DNA from: Cyanophora paradoxa CCMP329
Taxonomy: Eukaryota; Plantae; Glaucophyta
Reading direction: 5' to 3'
Assembly: GCA_004431415.1 (NCBI GenBank)
Contig: QPMI01000318.1
Location: forward strand, 1 to 64,000
Length of the DNA: 64,000 nucleotides
Every line of letters starts with the position of its first letter. The first letter of the stretch is position 1. Made by a program: the position numbers and the translations under genes. This document shows positions 48,215-58,271 of this stretch, in pieces. The notes beneath the pieces were generated by a model. The model was not told the origin of the DNA, ran no database searches, and worked only from the letters and a program-made list of their open reading frames with translations.

Positions 48215-50606
48215 ATGTATCACAGGTCTGTCCGCCCGAGGCCTGCGCGTTGCCTCGCTTGCTGCGGTGCAAAAAGCTGATCATGCGTTTCCCTTGCGTG
48301 TGCAGCTTTATGGTGAGCCGAATAGCTCCGGCAGTCCACCGGTCTGCCGAACACACAGTGATACGCGCAGGTCTGCGGGACGCGTTTCGATGTTGACACA
48401 CGATACCAGCTCATAAAGCCCATCGGGCAAGGAGCCTACGGGTGCGCAGCAGCGTGGCTGTGCTCGGACCGGTTGCGTCTGAGCGGGCGCGGCAGGGTCG
48501 TCTGCTCCGCGCACGACTCGCAGGCGGACGAGAAGGTTGCGATCAAGAAGATTACGAAGGCGTTCGACCACGTGACGGATATCAAGCGGACCCTGCGGGA
48601 AATCAAGCTGCTGCGGCACTTTGACCACGAGAACGTGATCTCCATACGGGACATCCTGCGCCCCATCAGCAAGGCGCAGTTCGAGGACGTGTACATCGTG
48701 ACGCCGTTGATGGACACGGACCTGCACCGCATCATCCAGTCCTCGCAGCCCATCTCCGACGAGCACTGCCAGTACTTCCTCTACCAGGCGCGCCGGCCCC
48801 CGCCACGGCCGCCCCCCGCCCGCCCCCGGCAGCGCCGCGCGGGGCATGGCGAGCGGCTGCGCAGGTGCTGCGCGGCCTCAAGTACATCCACTCGGCGCAC
48901 GTCCTCCACCGCGACCTCGTGCGGGCCCCGCCCCGCCCCCCGCCGCCCGCCCCGCCCCCCCGCCGCCCGGCGCCGAGCCCCGCGCAGAAGCCCAGCAACC
49001 TGCTCGTCAACCGCAACTGCGACCTGAAGGCCCGCCCCGCGCCGCGCGGCTCGGCGGGCGGACGCGGGGCTGAGGCGGGTGCGCAGATCTGCGACTTCGG
49101 CCTGGCGCGGCTGGCGCGCCCCGACGACCCATGGTCGAAAAGAACATGACCGAGTGCGCCGGCGCCGCGCCGGCCGGGGCGGGCCGGGCCGGGCGGGGCG
49201 AGCGGGCGGGGCGCAGGTACGTGGCGACGCGCTGGTACCGCGCCCCCGAGATCATGCTCTCCTCCCGCGAGTACTCCAAAGCCAGTCCGCCCGCCCCCGC
49301 CCTCCCCTCCGCCCCGCCCCGGCCCCCGCGGCGCCGACGCGGGGCGCGGCAGTCGACGTCTGGTCGGCCGGCTGCATCTTCGCCGAGCTCCTCGGGCGCA
49401 AGCCGCTCTTCCCGGGCAAGGACTGTGCGCGCGGCCCGCGACGGGCAGCGGGAGGAGGGGGGCGGGGGTGAGGGGGCGGGGGCGGGGGCGCAGACATCCA
49501 CCAGCTGAACCTGATCCTGGACCTGCTGGGGTCCCCCGCGGACGAGGACATCGCCTTCATCGAGCTCGAGAAGGCCCGCCGCTTCATCAAGGAGCGCCCC
49601 TACAAGGCCCCCGTCCACCTCTCCAAGCTCTTCCCCAACGCCCCGCCCCTCGGTCCGCCCCGCCCCGCCCCGCCCCGCGCCCCGCCCCGCCCCCGCGCCG
49701 GGGGGCCGCCGAGCGGGCGGCAGCGCTGGACCTGCTGCAGAAGATGCTCGTCTTCAACCCCGCCAAGCGCATCACCGTCGAGGCCGTGCGCCCCCGCCCC
49801 CGCCCCCCCGCCCCGCCCAATGGCCCGAGGCCGAGGGGCGCGGGCGCAGGCGCTGGAGCACCCGTACCTGGACTCGCTGCACGACGCGTCGGACGAGCCG
49901 GTGGCGCACGCGGCGTTCAGCTTCGACTTCGAGAGCGCGGCGCTGACGGCGGCCGTCCTCAAGGAGGCTGTGTACAGCGAGATGCTCCAGTTCCACCCCG
50001 AGGCCGCCGAGGACGACCCCGAGCCCTCCCCCACCCTCCTCTCGTCCGCCCCGCCCCCGCCCCCGCCCCGCCCCTCCCCCCGCCCCCGCCCACACCCCAG
50101 CGCCAGGCCGGACGCGATGGAGATCACGCAGGCGGGGCGCGCGGGGGGCGCCCTCGTCCAGCCGCCCACCTTCGCCGGCCGGGGCCGCACAGGCGGCCGC
50201 GTGGGCGGCCGGGGAGGGGCGCGAGGGCAGAGCTACGGGGCCGGGGGCGGCGGGGCGGGGGCGCCACAGCTCCTCAACGCCGACTATGGCGGCTCCGAGC
50301 GCGCCTTCCCCCGTGCGCCCGCCCGGCCCGCCTCCCCCGCCCGCCCCTCACGCACGCGCCCCCTGCAGAGGCCGGCCCGCAGTGGACGCAGCAGCAGATG
50401 CAGGCGCAGGCGCAGCACTGGCCCGACCCGCCGCCGCGTGGGGCCCGGGGGCGCCGGCGCCCGGGCAGTGGGCGCAGGGGCGGCGGGGCGGGGCAGGCGG
50501 GGCGGGGGCGTTCGGGCAGTACGGGCAGGTGGCGGGGCGCGGGGACGCGGGCGGCTTCGGGCAGCACGCGCTCGCCCCGCCCTCCCCTTCCCACATGGTC
50601 TCCTAG
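48215..50606 (+). CDS. Mitogen-activated protein kinase, TEY type
   Basis: MYHS|FM|[28 protein letters not shown]|[15 protein letters not shown]|[18 protein letters not shown]. 7-nt microexon at 48306-48312; apparent 1-nt deletion at about 49130. Confidence 0.93.
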
Positions 50607-50918
50607 CCCCGCCCCGCCCCGCCCCCCGCCCCGCCCCGCCCCGAGCCCCGCTCCCTCCCTCCCCTCGCCCCCCGCCCACCCGCTCCCGCCACGCTCCGCA
50701 CCTTCCCCTCGCCTCGCTCTCTGCCACCCGACTATCGGAGTCGCGCCCCTACGCTTTCTCACTCCCCTCCCTTGATCCCCGGTTCCCCGGCTCCCTTCCA
50801 GCCGACCCCTCGCCCTTGCTCCCCTGGCAGCCCCACGCAGTGCAGCTCCCCTCCCCCGCAGTCAGTGTCGAGAGGCCTCTGTGCTCCGCTCCCATGCAGC
50901 AGACGCCGAGGCAGCAGG

Positions 50919-52528
50919 CTACAGGGCGCAGCGGGAGGGGGCCGGGGCGGGGTGCGGGAGCTCGACGATGCAGAGGGTGTTGTAGTAGCTCGCGGCGGCG
51001 CACAGCACGCGGCCCGGCAGCTCCACCGCCCTCGGCGTCCCCTCCCTGCGCCCCCCGCTCAGCAGCGTGCCGGCGGGGGCCGGGGCGGGGGCGGGCGCCT
51101 GTAGAGGTAGCGGTGGCCGGCGGCGTCGGGGTGCCCGAGGCGGCCGTCCGAGCCGCAGCCCCAGGTGAGGAGCGCCCCGTCCTCTGCCGGCGTCGTTCAC
51201 GGCCCACCCGCGCGGGGAGCCCCGGGGCCGGGGCAGCGCACGGGTGACGCAGGCGCTGTGGATGCCGCCGGCGGCGGCGGCGCGCACGGGGCGGGCGGCG
51301 AGGCCCTCGACGGGGCGGGGGGAGGCGACGCGCGCCGCCCCACCGGCCTCCACGCCCAGCTGGCCCTTGTACGTCGCCCCGAACGCGTGGAGCGCCCCGG
51401 AGCCTGCCGCGCCCCGCTCGGCGCTCGGCGGCCGGCGGGCCGGGGCGGCGCGGACGGACAGTCGAGGGCGAGGGTGTGCCCGTGGGCCTCCCCCGCGCTG
51501 CACGAGGCGGCGGCGAAGCGGCCCGGCGCCGACCGGCGCACCTCGGCGGGGGCGGCGCGCGAGGCGGCGGCGGCGGCGCCGGCGCCGAGCTGGCCCTCGT
51601 CGTTGGCGCCCCAGGCGAAGAGGCGGCCCTCCTCCGTGACCGCCGCCCCGTGCGCCCCGCCCAGCGCCACGCACCGCACGCGTCCGCCCAGCGCCGCCGG
51701 GTCCACCCGGCACGGCACCCCCCGGCTCTCCTCGTCCCCGAGCCCCAGCTGCCCGCCCCGCCGCCGGCGGTCGGGCGCGGGCGCGGCGGCGGGCAGGGGC
51801 GACGGCCGGGCGTGGGGTGACCTTGCCGCGGCGGTTGCAGCCCCAGACGAAGAGCTCGCCGGCGACGGTCACGGCGGCCGTCGCCTGCCGGCCGCAGGAC
51901 ACCGACGCCACCCGCGCCCCCGCCAGCGCCTCCACCCGCCGCGGCCGCGCCTCGTCCCCCGCGCCCCATGCCCCAGCGCCCCCCGCGAGCCGCAGCCCCA
52001 CGTGTAGACACGCCCCTCGCCTGCCCCCGCCCCACGCGGTCAGCGGGGCCGGGCCGGCGGCGGTGCAGAGGCAGCGTGGTGCGCACGGTCGAGGGCGGCG
52101 CAGTGGGCGTCCCCGGCGGCGACGGCGGCGACGGGCGGCAGGCCGCTCACGCGCACCGCCTCGTGCCGCTCCTCCCCGTCCCCCACCCCTAGGCGGCCCG
52201 AGCGGTTTAGGCCCCACGCCCACACCTGCCCTAGGCGTCAGCGGCGGCCGGGCCTCGCTGGCGAGGTGCGCACCTCGCCCTCCTCGGTCAGCAGCAGCGC
52301 TAAGTGTGACCCGCAGGTGACCTGCGCCGCCACGCCAGGCACGCGCTGGGCGACCCGCACGGGCGTGATCGCCTTCGGCAGCTTCGAGGGCGCCGCGCAG
52401 AGGACCCCGTGCCTGCCCGCCGCGCGTCAGCGATCCTTGCGCGACGCTGCCAGGCTGCGGGCGCACGAATTGAGACCCCATCCCATCACTATCCTCGATC
52501 CTCCCGTCGGAGCAGCGCTCGAAGACAT
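50919..52528 (-). CDS. RCC1-repeat beta-propeller protein
   Basis: Repeated VWAWGLNRSGRLGVG, VAAGDAH, FVWGCNRRG|QLG, VALGGAH, FAWGANDEGQLG, AGGIHS. Confidence 0.85.
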
Positions 52529-53139
52529 TGCACGTCGACTTGCGTTGGTCACTCAGCGGTTGCAGGCGCGGCTATGTACAGCTGGTGGTTCGAGAGTACT
52601 GGTTTCCGGATGCAGATACGAAGTTCTATGAAAGAAGTGCGTGTTGTGTGCAATGCAAAAATCCCCGGCCCGCTCTAGCTAGATCTGCCGGCTTCAAATT
52701 TAGGCGCTCACCCGACATGTCATATGACCGCGCGCTGAATCGGAGATCTAGCTTTGTCGGTGTCTGCATGTCCGTTTGCACGCGCTGAGACCCGGAGAGG
52801 CCGCTGACCACGATTAACTTCTCGCGCCTGAATTTCGATCGATCGCTGTACCACGGGGGAAGAAGGGAGGGGGGAAGAAGGGAGGAAAAAAAGAGGGGGG
52901 GTAGCGAGTTCGGTGCAAGCTGCAGCGAACGACGGTCTCGAGCTCGTACATACGTATGTGAGATCAATCTGCGCGTATTCTCTGCATCATGCCTCCCGCA
53001 AGGCCGCCAGTGCGACTGCGACTACAAGGGTGCGTCTTCGCCTTCGCTGCGAGCACTCGTTGAGCGGCCACGCGACGTTACTTGATCGTTATTTTGTGGC
53101 ACGAGCTCACGCGGACGCAGGTGGGAAGATGGAGAACCG

Positions 53140-54224
53140 ATGGATCGCGTCGTGGAGGTCTTCGACAGGTGCTCGAGCTCGCCTGGACATGCGGCGCGCT
53201 CGTCTGCGCTCCGCACGCACCTGAGGCGGTACAGGTGGGAAGCGCACGGGGCGACGTCCATCACGATCATGATGCCGGACGGCGTCGAGGTCGTGTTGCG
53301 GCAGCGGCCCAACGAGCAGGGCGCCAAAAAGATCGGCGTGGGCGCCTGCGTCTGGGAGGGCGAGGTCCTGCTCGCCGCCTTCCTTGCCGAGGAGCTGGCG
53401 GGGGCCCCGCGGGGCGCCGAGCCCTTCCGCGGCAAGACCGTCCTCGAGCTCGGCGCCGGGCCCGGCGCCGCCGGCCTCTACCTCGTGCGCGGGCCGGCCT
53501 TGCGCGAGGCGCAGAGGGGCGGGGCGGGCTCGAGCCGGCGGGCGGGCGCGGGGGGCGCCAGGCGAAGCTGGGGCGCGGGTGGCGGTGACGGACATGGCGA
53601 AGGTGGTGCCCCTCGCGGAGGAGAACGTGGCCCTCAACGCCGCCGACGTCGCCCGCCGCGGCGGCTCCTGCGCCGCCGCCGAGCTCGAGTGGGGCGCCCC
53701 GGGCTACGAGGCGCGCCTGCGCGAGGTCGCAGCCGCGCTGGGGAGCTCCGACGGGCCGTCGACTTCGTCATCGCCGCCGACATCTGCTACGAGGCCCGCC
53801 CGCCCGCCCCGCCCCGCCCGCCCGCCCCGCCCCGTCCCCCGCCTCTCACCCCGCCCCACCAGCAGGAGAACGTCCGCCTCCCCTCTCCCTCCCTCCCCCC
53901 CCTTCCCCCCCCCCCCCCTTCACGACGGCGGCGCAGGAACTGCCGAGCCCGAGTATGCCGCACTTCGTGCGGGCGTGCCGCCTCCTGTGCGACCCCGCCC
54001 GCACCCGCGTCATCATCTCCTTCGAGGCGCGCGCCCCGCCCGGCGCCGGCCCCCCGCCTGGCCTGAGGGTGCCGGGGGGGCAGGTGCGGACGGCGGCGGC
54101 GCGTGGGGCGCTACTGGCGGCGGCGGAGGAGGCGTTCCGGGAGGTGCGGCGGGTGGCGGGGGAGCGGGTGCCGGCGCAGTTCCGCCACCGCGACCACCTC
54201 GAGCTCTTCGAGCTCCTCCCCTGA
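53140..54224 (+). CDS. METTL21/family-16 protein lysine methyltransferase
   Basis: GACVWEGEVLLA, KTVLELGAGPGAAGL, VTDM, ELEWG, DFVIAADICYE. Apparent 1-nt deletion at about 53757. Confidence 0.85.
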
Positions 54225-54914
54225 ACGCGCCCCCCGCCCCGCGCCCCCCGCCCTCGCCGCCCCCGCACCCCTCCCCTCCGAGGCGCTCGCTCCTCCCCCA
54301 CGCCGGCCCGCCGGCGCCGGCGCCCTCCTTTACGCCCCAGGTCCCGGCCCCCACACCGTTTAATTTCGAGATGCACTTCGAGTTCCCGAGTCAGTCCTTC
54401 AGTGCACGTGGGTGGCAGCCGGCTAGCTGCCAGATCCAATACCAATAATGCTGACGATGAGCATAGGATGCCGCCGCGCAGTAGTAGCCTTGTAGAGTCC
54501 CATCCCGGGTGCCCCCGAGCTGGAGCCCGCGGCTGGGACTGCTATGCCATGATGGGGAGCCTGCCCCTAGGCCCTCAAGCCTCGGAGCCGGACGAGGCCA
54601 TGGCCACATCATGGCATCGATATCATGATCATGCATATGCATACTATCATATGTAGTACTACGGTATGAATTTCGGCGAACTTCGGAACTTCGGAACTCA
54701 GCTGCAGCTAGCGCTAGAGCTAGAGCTTCGAATTCATAATCAAGGCTTCGGCCCGGGCGGAAACCGTTGAACCTCGCCGCCGAGTCGACGCTCCGAGTCG
54801 ACGTCCGAGGCTTCAAAGGCTTGCGCATGCACTACGGTACTCAGTGACTACGGTACTACGTATACGGTAGGCGCTGCCAGGCCCTGAGGCTGCGCGAAAT
54901 TTTAATTTGGGGAG

Positions 54915-56070
54915 TTTTGCAATTCCAAGTTCGAATTCGAATTCAACTTGCAAATTGCAAGACTCTGATCATGAGATGCCATGATGATCATGATTAGATC
55001 CAAATTGCAATATTAATATCTGCACCGATGATCGGTCTAATGTGTCATGATCAGTGCACGTGCACGTGACAAGCTAGCAGCCTGGCAGCAACCCTAAGGC
55101 CTGCTGTGCCGCAGTGCACGTGCGCAGGCCCCTGATCATGAGGCACTGCGGCGTGCACAGCGCTACTACTAGGCTAGGCTATATCCTTCGAACTTGATCG
55201 ACACTGCGCATGCAACCGTTGAAATCGACGAACTAAACTTGAAACTCGAACCGTTCATGTAGCCCTAGAAGCCGCGCTTGTTTTGCTGCAAAAACTCTAC
55301 ATCTAGAGCCCCGCAGGAAAACTTCACAGCCCCAGCCCTTTGACATTCGGCGACTTACTTTGCGCACACCAGTAATACCACCCGAAGCTGTTTTGCAATT
55401 CGAATACAACTTGCAAGATGATCATGATCAGATCATCGGATCCAAATTGCAATATTAATTGGCAACTTGCAAGTTGGCCGGGCAATGAATCGGTGACTGA
55501 TTAATTGATATTTGAGCATCATGGCGTGCGCAATTGCAAGGCTTCATTATCAATTGCAAGCTTGAAGGCTTAAGCTTCGAATTCAATCATTTGAATATCG
55601 AACCAGTACTAGTCCGTCGGTCTCATGTCTCAGAGTCTCTCAGAGTCTCATGCATATATGATCAGTGACCAGCCTGGCAGCCCCCCCCCCTCCCCCGCGC
55701 GCGGTCGACGTCGCGCGGCGGCCTGCTGGTATACATCTGCAGGCCCCTGATCATGATCATCAGGCACTGCGGTACTGCGGCGTGCACAGCGCTAGCGCTA
55801 CTAGGCTATAGCCTTGCAAAATCGACACTGCGCATGCAACCGTACGTTGAACTCGACAAACTAAACTTCAAACTTGAACCGTTCAAGAAGCCCTAGAAGC
55901 CGCGCTTCAAGGCTTGTTTTGCTGCGAAAACTCTACTTCTAGAGCCCCGCAGGAAAACTTCACAGCCCCAGCCCGACGCCGTGACTCAGTGACGTCGACG
56001 GAGCCGCGCGGCTTCCTCTTGACATTCGGCGACTTACTTCGCGCACACCAGTAATACCACCCGAAGCTGT
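54915..56070. repeat. Diverged tandem duplication (about 54915-55391 and 55391-56070) expanded by palindromic micro-insertions
   Basis: Both units begin ttttgcaatt and end cacaccagtaataccacccgaagctgt. Best alignable parts are 55124-55391 vs 55739-56070. Confidence 0.85.
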
Positions 56071-56227
56071 CTGCTGGAGGGGACGGCGGCAAGCCCCGCC
56101 CGCTGCGCGCCCCGAGCGAACACTATGCCGCACGAGGCGAGCGATTGCACACACGCGGCTGCACTCTAACTGCGGCGCTCCCCTAGGAGCGAGGGGAGGG
56201 AAGATGCGCCACTTGCGGGTAGGGGCC

Positions 56228-58175
56228 TCAGATGAGGTCCGCCACTGCGTGGGGAGTGTGAGGCGGGGGCGGGGGCGGAAGCTGCGCGCGGGGGCGGGGG
56301 CGGAGGCGGGGGCGGGGCGGACCGTTCATGGGCATTTCGTCGATCTGGGTGGAGTAGAACTGTTCGATATCGCGGAGGATGCGAATGTCGTCGTTCTTCA
56401 CGAAGTTGATCGCCACACCCTTGCGCCCGAAACGGCCCGAGCGCCCAATCCTGCACGCCCCGTGAGCCGCGCCGGCTGCAAGGCGGGGCGGGGCGGGCGC
56501 CTGTGGATGTAGAGCTCGCGGTTGTTGGGGAGGTCGTAGTTGATGACGAGGGAGACCTGGGCGACGTCCAGCCCGCGCGCCCACACGTCCGTCGTGATCA
56601 GCACCCGGCTGCACCCCCCTCCGTTGAGCGCGGGGCGGGCGGGGCGTGAAGCGGGGCGCGGGTTGGGGTGGGCGCGCCTGTTCCCCTGGCGGAACTCGCC
56701 CATGATGGCGTCGCGCTCCTTCTGCGGCATATCGCCGTGCATCGCCGACACCGTGAAGTTCGCTTTCCGCATCTTCTCCGTCAGCCAGTCCACCTGCGCG
56801 GGGCTCGGGCCGGCGCGGCGCGGCGGGCGGGGGCAGGCGGGACGGGCCTTCCGGCGGGTGTTGCAGAAGATGACGGCCTGGGTGATGGTAAGGGTGTCGT
56901 AGAGGTCGCACAGCGTGTCGAACTTCCACTCCTCCTTCTCCACCGCCACGAAGAACTGCTTGATCCCTGCCGCACCGTCGGCCCCCGCCCGCCAGCTAGC
57001 CAGACCCCCCGGCCACCGCCCGCACCCTCGAGCGTCAACTCATCACGCTTCACCAGGATGCGAACGGGGTCCGTCATGAACTTGTTCGTCATCTCAAGGA
57101 TCTCGTGCGGCATGGTAGCCGAGATGAGGATGACCTGGCCGCGCACATCAGGCCCGGCGCGACCCGTGACCGGCAGAAACCCACCTGGGTCGCGGGGGGG
57201 AGGTAGCGGTACACATCGTAGATCTGCTCCTTGAACCCGCGGCTGAGCATCTCGTCCGCCTCGTCAAGCAGCAGCATCTTTATGGAGCGCGTGCGCAGGT
57301 TCCGCCGCCGGATCATATCTGGGCGCAGCGCAGGGTCGAAGAAGACTCAAAAAGAAAGGAAAGCCATAAAGCTAACCGAAAACACGGCCCGGAGTGCCGG
57401 ACACGGCGTGGACGCCGTTGTCAAGATTCCGGATGTCATCGCCGATGCTCTTGCCACCGATGCAGGCGTGAGCCTGCACGTTCATGTGATCGCCAACAGC
57501 TTTCATGACCTGGGCGGGCAGACATCAGAGCGAATCGCGCAAGGTACGGCATGGTCAGCGATGGGCGGACCTTCTGGGTCTGCGTCGCCAGCTCACGGGT
57601 GGGAGAGAGCACGAGAGCCTGAACCTCCCGGAGAGAAGTATCGATGCACTGCAGGATCGAGATGCACATAAGAGTTGTCTTGCCCGTGCCGGACTGGGCC
57701 TGTGCAATCACGTCCCGGCCCTTGCAAATGGGCACGATGGCACGCTGCTGAATGGCTGAAGGCTTCTCCATGCCTGCGCGTCCGCAGAAAACAGCAGCGG
57801 TCAGCCGGTGGCGGCCACGAAAACTTCCGAGTATCGCTGGCGGCTACGGCAGACCATATCCGTAGATTCCGCGCAGCAGGTCATCACGCAGGCCCATGGA
57901 ATCGAACGACTTGATGACATCGACGCCCGGCGTGGTCTCGAACTCCCTGAAATGCGGGGTCACACGGATGTGAACGCGAATGGAACGAGGACGCACAGCT
58001 TGGAGTCGTCGACATCTGTCTGGCGGGTGGCTGCGACGAGTGTAAGAGACAAACGAAATCGGCGGAGGCCACAGAACCCGCGAGGGCGGGATGGTCGGGG
58101 GGCTAGAGGACGGGAGGGCGCCGAGGATGGCCCGAAGCCGTGCGACGCCACGTACGAACCTCTCCGAGGCTCCAT
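56228..58175 (-). CDS. EIF4A3: Eukaryotic initiation factor 4A-III (exon junction complex DEAD-box helicase)
   Basis: MEPRR|[12 protein letters not shown]|[91 protein letters not shown]. Confidence 0.97.
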
Positions 58176-58271
58176 GCTGAAACTAGCTCTACGCGACTTT
58201 GCCTGTTTCGCCGCGGAACAAGCCCGAGCAGCTGTACCCCCCAGTGGAATTTGTTCGACGCAAGAGCAGCA

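Noticed and set aside
49128-49149. In-frame TGA before the TEY motif of the MAPK (readthrough, Sec or programmed frameshift?)
   Set aside because: Adding one C to the ccc run at 49128-49130 restores [12 protein letters not shown]. Similar single-base losses in C/G runs occur at about 53757, 18080 and 21190, which points to long-read assembly errors.
50919-52528. RCC1 protein as the UVR8 photoreceptor
   Set aside because: The GWRHT tryptophan motifs and the C-terminal VP motif of UVR8 are not seen.
54360-56100. Intact transposon or MITE in the large spacer
   Set aside because: No terminal inverted repeats, target-site duplication pair or transposase ORF that I can delimit.
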